Positions 20,674 through 29,858 of a DNA stretch of 64,000 nt are shown here, piece after piece. The notes beneath the pieces are model-generated. The model did no database searches. It was given only the letters and a program-made list of their open reading frames with translations, and was not told where the DNA came from. The stretch is from Candidatus Gastranaerophilales bacterium (GTDB lineage: Bacteria; Cyanobacteriota; Vampirovibrionia; Gastranaerophilales; Gastranaerophilaceae), in contig CALVFT010000004.1 of the NCBI GenBank assembly GCA_944326915.1, forward strand, positions 39,386-103,385, given 5' to 3'. A program made the translations under genes and the position numbers. Positions within the stretch are counted from its first letter, which is position 1. Each line of letters starts with the position of its first letter.

Positions 20674-21823
20674 TAAAGCAGTTTCTGAAGATAAAAAAAA
20701 TGTTTATTTTATAACCGGTGGTGGTACTGGTGGACATATTTACCCTGCTGTCGCAGTAGCAGATGCTTTGGCGAATGATAGTAATTGTGATTTGTATTAT
20801 GTCGGGAATCCAAAGAATTTGGAATATGATATTGTAAGTCAAAAGGGATATAAATTTTTACCTGTGTATGTGCGTGGGTTGCCAAGACATATGAGTTTGG
20901 ACTTGATAAAATGGTTATTCCAACTATTTTATGCTTGTTTGAAATCTTGTTATTATATTTTTAAATACAAACCTGATGCTGTATTTGGTACAGGAGGATA
21001 TGTTTCTGCTCCAATACTTTTAGCTTGTAGTTTTTTACATAAGGCAAAAATAAAAGATATTCCATATATGATGCATGATTGTGATGCACAGCCTGGTTTG
21101 GTTACAAGAAAAATATCAGGAGATGCAAGCTTTGTATCGTTAGCTTTTGAAGATGCAAAAAAGTTTATAGCAAATAAGAATTGTATAGTAAACGGGAATC
21201 CTATAAGAGATAGGTTCAAGACTATATCTAAGCAAGAAGCAAGAAAAGAGTTGGGGTTGGAAGATAAATTGACCCTTTGCGTTATGGGTGGTTCTCAAGG
21301 TGCTCGTTCTATAAATGATGCCGCTGTTGAAATTTTAAAGAAACTGTCTGAAGAATATAATATACAAATAATTTTTCAAACAGGTAAGAAAAATTTTGAA
21401 CGTGTAGTAGAGCAACTACTGACAGTTTATCCAAATTATGAAAGTGATAAGAATTTGTTGATAAGACCATATTTTGAAGACATGGTAACTGTTTTAAAGG
21501 CAAGTGATATAGCAGTTTCTCGTTCAGGATCATTGAGTATTTCTGAAATTTGTGCGTCAGGTATTGCTCCGATTTTTGTACCGTATCCTCACGCTGCAGC
21601 TGATCATCAGAGGAAAAATGCAAAGTATATGGTCGCTCAAGATGCCGCTTTATATATTGAAGATTCCGAAATCTCATCACAAACTCTTCTTAAAGAATTG
21701 GATTTGTTGATTAAAAATCCTGATAAATTAGCTGATATTCAGAAAAATTCGTTAGCTCTAGCAAAATTTGACGGAACTGAAAAAATAGTTGAACAATTAA
21801 AATCTTTAGTAGTTAGAGGATAA
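20666..21823 (+). CDS. murG: UDP-GlcNAc:lipid I GlcNAc transferase
   Basis: FITGGGTGGHIYPAVAVA N-terminus and C-terminal GSLSISEI...HQRKNA pattern. AAGGAA RBS 8 nt before the ATG at 20666. Confidence 0.9.
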   Translation: MSSKAVSEDKKNVYFITGGGTGGHIYPAVAVADALANDSNCDLYYVGNPKNLEYDIVSQKGYKFLPVYVRGLPRHMSLDLIKWLFQLFYACLKSCYYIFKYKPDAVFGTGGYVSAPILLACSFLHKAKIKDIPYMMHDCDAQPGLVTRKISGDASFVSLAFEDAKKFIANKNCIVNGNPIRDRFKTISKQEARKELGLEDKLTLCVMGGSQGARSINDAAVEILKKLSEEYNIQIIFQTGKKNFERVVEQLLTVYPNYESDKNLLIRPYFEDMVTVLKASDIAVSRSGSLSISEICASGIAPIFVPYPHAAADHQRKNAKYMVAQDAALYIEDSEISSQTLLKELDLLIKNPDKLADIQKNSLALAKFDGTEKIVEQLKSLVVRG

Positions 21824-21830
21824 GTGGTAT

Positions 21831-23009
21831 ATGGAAAAAATATATAGTTATGATGAGGCTGTAAAATTACTTACATCTCAGGGGAAGTTTTATATAAATC
21901 TTGGACTGGAAAGAATTTCTGAAATTTTAGCTATACTAGGGAGTCCACAAAATAGTTTAAAGTGTATTCATGTTGCAGGAACTAATGGCAAGGGATCTGT
22001 ATGTGCAATTATTGCAGAAATATTATCAAAAGCAGGTTATTCTGTAGGTTTGTATACAAGCCCTCATATATTTTCATATACTGAGAGAATTCAAATTAGT
22101 GGAGAGTTTATACCTGAAGAAGATTTTGCTAAGTATGTTTTTACAATATGTAATTTAGCCGAAGAACATGGTATTCATTTAACAGAATTTGAAATCCTTA
22201 CAGCAGTTATGTTTAAGTATTTCAATGATAAAAATGTTGATTATGTGGTGTTAGAAACTGGATTAGGCGGACGTTTTGATGCTACTAATGTTATCAAAAG
22301 TAATCTATGTGCAATTATTACTCACATTGATTTTGATCATACTGAGCGTCTTGGTAAAACTCTATCCGAAATTGCCTATGAAAAAGCTGGAATTATTAAA
22401 CCAAATTGTCCTGTAATAACATCAGAAGGCTATGAAGTTATCAGAGATAAAGCTGATGAATGTAATTCCTTGTTTGTAATGGTTGCCCCTTATGAAGATA
22501 CACAAAATCTTTCTTTAAAAGGTATGTGTCAGCAAGAAAATTTATCTCTTGCTCTTGCTGCTGTAAGACAACTTTTCCCGACTATACCAGAGGATACAAT
22601 TCAATCTGCGTTGAAGTCAGTTAAACATCCTTGTAGGTTTCAGTATATTGAAGATAAAAATTTAATTATTGACGCATCTCACAATCCTAATGGAGCAATG
22701 GCTTTAAGAGAGAGTTTGGATTTTTATTTCCCAAATATGAAAAGACGATTTGTTTTTGGATGTTTAAAAAATAAAGATTACAAGCAGATGATGCAGATAT
22801 TATTTTCTAGAGGTGATGATATTTATTTTTACCATTTTAATAACCAAAACTCCTGCACTATAGATGAGTTACAGGAGTCCTGTGAATATTTTTCTCATAT
22901 TTTTAAATCGATCGATGATTTTTCTTATGATGAAAATACGCTTACAATTATTTGCGGATCATTTTATATGTTAAATGAAATAGTTCCTCGAAATATTATT
23001 TTTCATTAA
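21831..23009 (+). CDS. folC: Folylpolyglutamate synthase / dihydrofolate synthase
   Basis: LGLERISEILAILGSP...IHVAGTNGKGSVCA...GLYTSPHIFSYTERI is the FolC signature rather than a MurC/E signature. Confidence 0.85.
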   Translation: MEKIYSYDEAVKLLTSQGKFYINLGLERISEILAILGSPQNSLKCIHVAGTNGKGSVCAIIAEILSKAGYSVGLYTSPHIFSYTERIQISGEFIPEEDFAKYVFTICNLAEEHGIHLTEFEILTAVMFKYFNDKNVDYVVLETGLGGRFDATNVIKSNLCAIITHIDFDHTERLGKTLSEIAYEKAGIIKPNCPVITSEGYEVIRDKADECNSLFVMVAPYEDTQNLSLKGMCQQENLSLALAAVRQLFPTIPEDTIQSALKSVKHPCRFQYIEDKNLIIDASHNPNGAMALRESLDFYFPNMKRRFVFGCLKNKDYKQMMQILFSRGDDIYFYHFNNQNSCTIDELQESCEYFSHIFKSIDDFSYDENTLTIICGSFYMLNEIVPRNIIFH

Positions 23010-24558
23010 TATCTGCGACCATTTCTTCTATAATATTTTGTACTGGTGCCGGTGAGAATTCATTGCATGAATTCCAAATAAGAGTAGGTTTTGGCTCTTT
23101 TACAGAAGGGCTAGGATATGATATATTACAAAAACCTTTAAGCATATTTGTAGAACCATCCACGCAAGATGTGAAATTCTTGCAGCAGTCACATATTTTT
23201 AGAACGAAACCGTAGTCATTCAATTTTAGTTTTAATTCTTGTAAAGCATCAATCATTCTTAAGTGTTTTGCTGTAACAAACTTTTTACTTTTATATATAA
23301 ATTTAACTTTCGCAAGTCCGCTTTCCGAAATAAATTCCAGTCTGCATGGTAACTCTTTATTTCCATTCATTACAAATGCGTCAATACATAATTTTTCAGT
23401 ACCTTCAGGAAGATCTTCTCTGTTCAAAATTTTATTTCTGATAGCTCTTATTGGAGGCAAGTTCTTTATAATATGGCATAAAGAATAAATTGGATATAAG
23501 AATAAAAGTCCGATTTCTTTCAAATTAAGTTTTGCGTTAATCAAACTTATTCCAAAACCGACAAGCATTATCAAGAAAGTAAATAAAACTATCTTAAAAT
23601 CAACAAAGAAATAGTATCTGTATGAATGTTTTAATACACAAGCATAAGTTAAAAGTATTAACCAGATATTTGGATACAACAATGATAATGTGTGTTCTGC
23701 AAATACAAAATTGTTAGACCAAATTTGTGTAAAGCAGTTTTTAAACAAATCAATTCTTGCAGATAGTCTAGGGCTTCTAAATTCATAATTTGTGGTATCT
23801 ACAAATGTTTGAATATTAGGGTTGTATGTGCAAGGGAACTTAATTTTAGACAAAAGCATGCTGTATTTTAATTCAGAATTTATGTCTTTAAAGTCCACTG
23901 ATTCTATTTGGTCTACAATATCTTTTCTAATAATAAATACCCCTGAATCAGCTCTTGCTGCAAGTCCAAAAAGAGATCTAGCCTGACGTAAGAAGTTCAT
24001 ATGATATTTTTGGTAAGCAGCTTTAATTTTGTCAACAGGTCCTAAGTTTTCTGTAACCATAAGTGTTTCTCCGCTAAGAACACTATTTTTAGCTAATGCG
24101 GCATTTACTGTTGATAAAAAGTCAGCAGGGATACTTCTATCACCATCTATGAATACATAAGAATCAATTGTTTGATCTTTGCATAATCTTTCCAACAAAA
24201 TTGATATAGCCTGATCTTTTCCGATAGTTCCAACGTCTTTTATGTTAATTACATTGATTAAAGGTGTTTCTATTTCAAATATCTTCTCAGAACCATCTTG
24301 GCAGTTATCTAAAATAACAAATACTTTAAAATTATCAATAGGATAATCTTGCATTTTTATTTCGTTAATTAAATTTGCAAGAGTCATTCTGTTATTGTGA
24401 GAATAAATAACTACTGCTAAATTCTCTTTTTCTTCGTGTTGAGCGTATCTTTTTTCTATTCTAAACGGTTTATCATTAAGGTTTCTTATTGCTAATGCTA
24501 AAAAATAAACTGAATACAACGCAACATATACGTATAAAATATCTAAAATTAATTCCAT
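22996..24558 (-). CDS. Membrane-embedded family-2 glycosyltransferase with a Cys-rich C-terminal cytoplasmic domain
   Basis: N-terminal TM helix. GT2 core LAVVIYSHNN...FVILDNCQDGS...FIDGDRS. A block of TM helices at about aa 290-375, then a ~140-aa tail with CDCCKNFTSCVDGSTNMLKGFC. Confidence 0.6.
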   Translation of the reverse strand: MELILDILYVYVALYSVYFLALAIRNLNDKPFRIEKRYAQHEEKENLAVVIYSHNNRMTLANLINEIKMQDYPIDNFKVFVILDNCQDGSEKIFEIETPLINVINIKDVGTIGKDQAISILLERLCKDQTIDSYVFIDGDRSIPADFLSTVNAALAKNSVLSGETLMVTENLGPVDKIKAAYQKYHMNFLRQARSLFGLAARADSGVFIIRKDIVDQIESVDFKDINSELKYSMLLSKIKFPCTYNPNIQTFVDTTNYEFRSPRLSARIDLFKNCFTQIWSNNFVFAEHTLSLLYPNIWLILLTYACVLKHSYRYYFFVDFKIVLFTFLIMLVGFGISLINAKLNLKEIGLLFLYPIYSLCHIIKNLPPIRAIRNKILNREDLPEGTEKLCIDAFVMNGNKELPCRLEFISESGLAKVKFIYKSKKFVTAKHLRMIDALQELKLKLNDYGFVLKICDCCKNFTSCVDGSTNMLKGFCNISYPSPSVKEPKPTLIWNSCNEFSPAPVQNIIEEMVADINEK

Positions 24559-24669
24559 AAATACCCTTTCCTATATATGTCAATTTTAGTTAAAATCAAT
24601 AAAAATTGCTATTATTTGTTAATAAATGTTATAATCATTCTTTTTAGTAAATATCAAAGCAAGTAGATA

Positions 24670-24678
24670 TGTTATAAT
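24670..24678 (+). promoter_or_regulatory. Extended -10 promoter element upstream of the pseudopilin gene
   Basis: TGTTATAAT lies 35 nt before the ATG at 24713. A second copy of TGTTATAAT is at 24627-24635. Confidence 0.35.
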
Positions 24679-24712
24679 TGATGTATACGAGTATTATTAT
24701 GGAGATTTTGTA

Positions 24713-25360
24713 ATGTTTAATAAAAAATGTGCTTTTACATTAGCAGAAGTTTTGGTTACTTTGGGTATAATTGGTGTTGTATCAGCGCTGACTGTTCCAA
24801 CATTAATGAAAAATCATCAAAAGCAAGTATTTGTAACCCAACTCCATAAAGTTTATTCTGAAATGTCTCAAGCTTTAGAATTGTACAAAGAAGACAACAA
24901 TGCGGTAGATTTAATGGAGGCAGGTTTGACTAGCCAAGCTGCTTTAGATTCATTTATGTCTAACTACTTCAAAGTTGTAAAGCAGTGTGACTCCATGACA
25001 GGTTGTTTTGCTCCATCATATAAAAAACTTGCTTCTGCGAGTGTGACATATGAAGCAAATTCAAAATCATTTATTACTGCTTCTGGAGCTGCAATTCGTC
25101 CTAGAATTTTTCTTTCTGGAGATCGTATATCTAATGTGTTAGTTGATATAAACGGACAAGAGGGACCAAATATCTTGGGAAGAGATTTATTTCTTATGAC
25201 AATATACAAAAACTGTGAAATCGATGATGAATCTACTACTGCTCCTTTGACATCAGAAAAAAGACTCCAATTATACAACGATGGTTGCATGGCTGATAAT
25301 ACTCAAGGATATGGTTGTTTAGGTAAAATAATAGAAGATGGTTGGCAAATGACTTATTAG
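24713..25360 (+). CDS. Prepilin-type N-terminal cleavage/methylation domain protein (type IV pilin / pseudopilin)
   Basis: MFNKKCAFTLAEVLVTLGIIGVVSALTVP: class III signal with Glu at +5 and a hydrophobic helix; 215 aa. Confidence 0.75.
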   Translation: MFNKKCAFTLAEVLVTLGIIGVVSALTVPTLMKNHQKQVFVTQLHKVYSEMSQALELYKEDNNAVDLMEAGLTSQAALDSFMSNYFKVVKQCDSMTGCFAPSYKKLASASVTYEANSKSFITASGAAIRPRIFLSGDRISNVLVDINGQEGPNILGRDLFLMTIYKNCEIDDESTTAPLTSEKRLQLYNDGCMADNTQGYGCLGKIIEDGWQMTY

Positions 25361-25384
25361 TTTTTGCTATTTAAATTCTAATAT

Positions 25385-25399
25385 TGATAATAATTATCC
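25385..25399. promoter_or_regulatory. Fur-box-like 7-1-7 palindrome
   Basis: TGATAATAATTATCC against the 7-1-7 Fur consensus TGATAATNATTATCA (14/15 positions, counting the unspecified N). Lies 73 nt upstream of the protease ATG. Confidence 0.3.
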
Positions 25400-25471
25400 T
25401 GATAGATAAGTTATAGATGGTGACTTTTTTGAAGGATATTAAATAATACTTTTATAGAGGTATTATTTATT

Positions 25472-26191
25472 ATGGTAAAAAAATTTTTAGTATTTGCTGC
25501 TGTATTATATTTTAGTAGTTTTAACTTAGTTTATTCTCAAAGCTTTTCACCTGATGAGCAGGTAAATATTAGTGTTTATGAAAAAATAAATCCGGCAATA
25601 GTTTCTATTGATGCTAATTTAAGTGATGGGTTCTCTGCCGGAACAGGCTGTATAGTACGCTCTGATGGACTTATTCTTACAGGTACACATGTAATAGAAG
25701 GAGCAAAGGATATTGAAGTTACAACATCGGATGGTAAAGTCTATAAAGCATCTGTTGCTGCAACTATGGGAAAAAAGAAAGATCTTGCGTTGTTAAAAAT
25801 TGAGCCTAAGAAACAATTGGATACAATTGCTTTTGGAAACTCAGATGAAGTGAAGGTTGGGCAGAAAGTTCTTGCAATTGGTAATCCTTTTGGATTTGCA
25901 GGAACATTAACTTCTGGTATTGTTTCAAGAATAGATTATTCAAAAAATCGTATTCAAACAGATGCAGCGATAAATCCAGGCTGCTCAGGTGGTCCTTTAC
26001 TAAATTCTCACGGAGAGGTAATAGGTATAAGTCAATCTATTTATAATCCTGACAATAATATTTCGAATATAGGAATTGGCTTTGCTATTCCTGTAAATGA
26101 TGCAAAAGAGTTCCTAGCTAATGCAAAAATTGATGAAAATAATCAGCCGGCTGTGGAAAAAAGACATTTTGCTCTAAAATCTAAAAAGTAA
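25472..26191 (+). CDS. Secreted trypsin-like serine protease (S1C/HtrA-like catalytic domain, no PDZ)
   Basis: Signal-like N-terminus. Triad contexts THVIEGA, KDLALLKI and NPGCSGGPLL; 239 aa. Confidence 0.8.
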   Translation: MVKKFLVFAAVLYFSSFNLVYSQSFSPDEQVNISVYEKINPAIVSIDANLSDGFSAGTGCIVRSDGLILTGTHVIEGAKDIEVTTSDGKVYKASVAATMGKKKDLALLKIEPKKQLDTIAFGNSDEVKVGQKVLAIGNPFGFAGTLTSGIVSRIDYSKNRIQTDAAINPGCSGGPLLNSHGEVIGISQSIYNPDNNISNIGIGFAIPVNDAKEFLANAKIDENNQPAVEKRHFALKSKK

Positions 26192-26272
26192 TTGACTTGG
26201 TAACATTTGTAAACTTTTAGCTCTGTTTATTTCTTTTCGTGCTATAGTAAAACTAATAGATAAGGAGGAAAT

Positions 26273-27187
26273 ATGACAGAGTTTTATTTTATGAACGGGG
26301 AATATGTCGAAGCATCCAAAGCTGTTATTCCTGTTCGTACACATGCTTTTCTATATGGAACAGCAGTTTTTGAAGGTATCAGAGCTTATTGGAATGAAGA
26401 AGAAAAACAACTTTATGCTTTTAGAGTTCCTGAGCACTATGAAAGATTACAACGTTCTGCAAAAGTAATGTATATGGAAAGTCCTTATACAACTGAGGAA
26501 TATTGTGAAATTACTAAAAAACTATTAGCAAAAAATGGTTATAAAGAAGACTGTTATATGCGTCCAAATCTTTATAAGTCTGCTCAAAAAGTTGGACCGG
26601 GACTTTATGACAACCCTGATTCATTTATGATTATTGTAAATAAAATGGGTGACTATATTGATACTTCAAAAGGTTTGAATGTTTGTGTATCAAGCTGGAG
26701 AAGAAACAGTGACAACGCAATTCCTCCTAGAGCAAAAGTTGCAGGAGCATACGCAAATGCTGCATTAATTAAAACAGATGCTCATAATGCAGGTTTTGAT
26801 GACGCAATTGTACTAGATGAAGCTGGTCAAGTTACAGAAGGTTCTGCAATGAATTTATTCCTTGTACAAAACGGCAAGCTTGTGACTACTATGAAATCAG
26901 ATAATATCTTAGTTGGTGTAACAAGAAATACAATTATGGAATTGGCAAAAGATGTTCTTGGCTTAGAAGTAGAAGAAAGAGCAGTAGATAGAACTGAAAT
27001 TTATATTTCTGATGAAGCTTTCTATTGTGGTACAGGAGCTCAAGTTAGTCCTATAGTTACCGTTGACGGTAGAAAACTTGGAGATGGAAATGTTGGTCCT
27101 ATTTCTAAAGAACTTCAAAAATTATACTTTGATGTTGTAAAAGGAAAAGTTCCAAAATACAAACATTGGTGTATGCCAATTTACTAA
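26273..27187 (+). CDS. ilvE: Branched-chain amino acid aminotransferase
   Basis: Fold-type IV PLP enzyme pattern AFLYGTAVFEGIRAY...RPNLY...GAYANAALIKTDA...EGSAMNLF...GVTRN; 304 aa. Confidence 0.9.
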   Translation: MTEFYFMNGEYVEASKAVIPVRTHAFLYGTAVFEGIRAYWNEEEKQLYAFRVPEHYERLQRSAKVMYMESPYTTEEYCEITKKLLAKNGYKEDCYMRPNLYKSAQKVGPGLYDNPDSFMIIVNKMGDYIDTSKGLNVCVSSWRRNSDNAIPPRAKVAGAYANAALIKTDAHNAGFDDAIVLDEAGQVTEGSAMNLFLVQNGKLVTTMKSDNILVGVTRNTIMELAKDVLGLEVEERAVDRTEIYISDEAFYCGTGAQVSPIVTVDGRKLGDGNVGPISKELQKLYFDVVKGKVPKYKHWCMPIY

Positions 27188-27202
27188 AAAGTAGAGGATG
27201 TA

Positions 27203-27940
27203 ATGATTGAGTTTTTCGGATTATGTGTCCAAAACTTATTTAGATGTATAAAATATTTATTTGCAAGACAAGTGAGATTTTCGAGCATAATATCTCAAGC
27301 TGCATCAATAAGCTACGATAGCTTGCCAATCTCACTTATCATTGCATTTATTGCTGCTGCCGTAATTGCAATTCAGGTATCAAAACAATTCTTAATGAGT
27401 GGTGCTGAAGCATATATTGGCGGTACTATTACTGTTATTATGATAAGAGAAATTGCGCCAGGCTTTGTTGCTTTAGCAATAGGTGCAAGAGCAGGTACAG
27501 CAATTTCTGCAGAAATCGCTAATATGCAAGTAACAAGTCAGGTTGATGCAATAAAGACTCTTAAAGTAGATCCTGTTGGTTATTATTTTACTCCGAGACT
27601 TTTAGCTTCAGCGATTACCGTACCTATGGTTGTTTTGCTTGCTGAATTTGTAGGTGTAGTTGGTGGAATGTTAGTTTCACAAGCTACAATAAATCTTCAT
27701 CCTTCTAGGTATATGAATTCAGTGTGGCTTTGGCTAAGCACTAGGGATATTTATATAAGTTTATTAAAAGCGTTGGTATTTGGTGTTGTTATTTCTCTTG
27801 TGTGTGCAACACAAGGATACAAAACAAAAGGTGGTGCAAAAGAGGTTGGAACATCTACCACTCAAGCCGCAATTTTGTCTACTATATATATGTTGATAGC
27901 TGACTTTTTAATAAACTTGGTATTTTATATCGTTAAATAG
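27203..27940 (+). CDS. mlaE: MlaE/TGD1-type ABC transporter permease
   Basis: 245 aa, 5-6 TM. MIREIAPGFVALAIGARAGTAISAEIANMQVTSQVDA is the MlaE signature. No adjacent MlaF or MlaD. Confidence 0.8.
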   Translation: MIEFFGLCVQNLFRCIKYLFARQVRFSSIISQAASISYDSLPISLIIAFIAAAVIAIQVSKQFLMSGAEAYIGGTITVIMIREIAPGFVALAIGARAGTAISAEIANMQVTSQVDAIKTLKVDPVGYYFTPRLLASAITVPMVVLLAEFVGVVGGMLVSQATINLHPSRYMNSVWLWLSTRDIYISLLKALVFGVVISLVCATQGYKTKGGAKEVGTSTTQAAILSTIYMLIADFLINLVFYIVK

Positions 27941-27942
27941 AT

Positions 27943-29334
27943 TTAAGCTAAGTATTTTTGTACGGTTGTTTTATCAAATACTTCAATACTGTTTTTGGAA
28001 TGTATAAAAATCATGCAAGATATTATAGATTTAAGAGTTTCAAAATCAGAGAAAGACATTTTATTTCTTAAATCTTCCATGTTATTTGCAAGAAATTCCA
28101 TAATAATTGTTTTTCCTTCAAACACGAGACTTGAAAAATAGTCGAATGACTCTTTTGTTTTAATTCCTTCAAGATATATTATATCAGGAGATTGGAATTC
28201 AATGAATCTTGCTGCTTTGTCCATGTTGAATCCTACATTCTCATTTAGTTCGCATTGATTTACACCTTGAAGGTTATATTTTGCAATACTTTCAAGAGTC
28301 ATTATGTTTTTATTTGAATTTTTATTAGCAGCCTCTAAAAGAATGGAATATATTATATGGGTTTTTCCACTGAGTGGAGATCCGCATACCATAATTATTC
28401 CTGGGGTTGAAAGCGCATTTCTTACTGTAATTAAATTCTTTTCAGAATTTAAAATATTGCAAAGAGCTTTAGGCGGTTTGTATATTTTAAGGAAGATTCT
28501 TTCTCCCATAATTGTAGGGAATGTAGAAATGCTAGCAACTACAGTCGTATCATCTACTTTAAAACAAATTTTACCTAATTGAGGTACTTCTGATACTGAT
28601 GGATCCAGTTCTGCAAGAATTTTTAGCTTTGCAACAAAAGATGATGTAAGTACATTGGGGATATTACCTTTATTTTGGAGTTCACTATTCTTTTTAAAAT
28701 TTACCCCAAAACCGACATCTTCTCTTTGGAAAGTGATTTCATGTACACCCTCAAGCATAGCTTGTTTCAGTATTGAGCGAATAATCTTTTGAATATGATT
28801 ATCAGATAGATCTTCGCTATGTAATTCTTCTCTCCAATCGTAGTCTATATTTTCAGAATCTGTAAAAATATCGCCTACGGTCACATCTTTTTTATAGTAT
28901 TCTTCTATTTTTTTTAGAATACTGTTTTCTGAAGAAATAACAGGCTCAATAGAGCATTCCGCAGATTCAATAACTTTATCAATTGCAAACAAATCAAGTG
29001 GATCTGCCATTGCAACAGTGAGTGTTTCTTCAATTTTGAATAGAGGAATTATTCTATATCTTTTTGCATCAGAGTAGCTTATATATTTTAAGCATTTTGT
29101 ATCTAGTGTATAGTCTTCTAAATTAACATATGGAATATGTAGTTTTGCTTCAAGAAATTTAAGTATAGTTTCTTCTGAAAGAGTTCCAGAATTTATTAGA
29201 GCTTGCCCGATGTTGATATTTTGCGCATTAGCAATTTCTTCTGCTTGTTCAATTGTCTCGTACTGAACAAGTCCTGCTCTAACTAAGTCATATTTTAATT
29301 TTTCTAATGTTTTATTTGTAACTACTGTTTCCAT
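27943..29334 (-). CDS. PilB/GspE-family protein with T2SSE_N (MshEN-like) N-domain and a degenerate ATPase core
   Basis: N-domain LVRAGLVQYETIEQAEEI / IGQALINSGTLSEETILKFLEA...RIIPL. Walker A GSPLSGKT is kept, but the Asp box, Walker B and His box are altered (see findings); 463 aa. Confidence 0.7.
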   Translation of the reverse strand: METVVTNKTLEKLKYDLVRAGLVQYETIEQAEEIANAQNINIGQALINSGTLSEETILKFLEAKLHIPYVNLEDYTLDTKCLKYISYSDAKRYRIIPLFKIEETLTVAMADPLDLFAIDKVIESAECSIEPVISSENSILKKIEEYYKKDVTVGDIFTDSENIDYDWREELHSEDLSDNHIQKIIRSILKQAMLEGVHEITFQREDVGFGVNFKKNSELQNKGNIPNVLTSSFVAKLKILAELDPSVSEVPQLGKICFKVDDTTVVASISTFPTIMGERIFLKIYKPPKALCNILNSEKNLITVRNALSTPGIIMVCGSPLSGKTHIIYSILLEAANKNSNKNIMTLESIAKYNLQGVNQCELNENVGFNMDKAARFIEFQSPDIIYLEGIKTKESFDYFSSLVFEGKTIIMEFLANNMEDLRNKMSFSDFETLKSIISCMIFIHSKNSIEVFDKTTVQKYLA

Positions 29335-29336
29335 AA

Positions 29337-29699
29337 TTATTTGAGGTATTCTTCTACTTTTTTTACTACTTCATCTAAATCAAAAGGTTTTGTAATATAT
29401 TCATCTACGCCGGTTTCTTCTCCAATAAGCTTATCTTCTTCTTGAGAACGGGCTGTTACCATAAGTATAGGTATATTTTTGTATTTGTTATCATATTTTA
29501 AAAGCCTGCTTATTTTATATCCGTTAATTTTAGGCATCATTACATCCAAAATCATTAGGTCTGGCATGATTTCTTTAGCCATACGAAGCCCGTCTTCTCC
29601 ATTATAAGCACAATAGCAAGTATAATCAGAAGCTTCTAATACAAATTTCAAGCTTTCTACAATATCTTGTTCGTCATCAACAATTAATATTTTTTTCAT
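29337..29699 (-). CDS. Single-domain response regulator (CheY-like receiver)
   Basis: KILIVDDEQD, phosphoacceptor context LMILDVMMPKINGY, LMVTARS and ITKPF; 120 aa. 2 nt upstream of the PilB-like gene. Confidence 0.9.
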   Translation of the reverse strand: MKKILIVDDEQDIVESLKFVLEASDYTCYCAYNGEDGLRMAKEIMPDLMILDVMMPKINGYKISRLLKYDNKYKNIPILMVTARSQEEDKLIGEETGVDEYITKPFDLDEVVKKVEEYLK

Positions 29700-29858
29700 A
29701 ACTTCCCCTAATCTAAAGTCTGATAATTAAATTATAACATATCAAAAATCTTCTTCTATATTCTTAATATTTGTTAATCAATTTTCAATATTAGGCAATA
29801 ATTAGTGTTTACCTGTTTTAACATCTATGATGAAGTTAATGTGTAGAAAGGAAAAATA

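Noticed and set aside
21831-23009. Mur-ligase-fold gene after murG as murC
   Set aside because: The N-terminal LGLERI...HVAGTNGKGS...YTSPH pattern is FolC-specific, and a MurC-type N-terminal Rossmann domain is absent.
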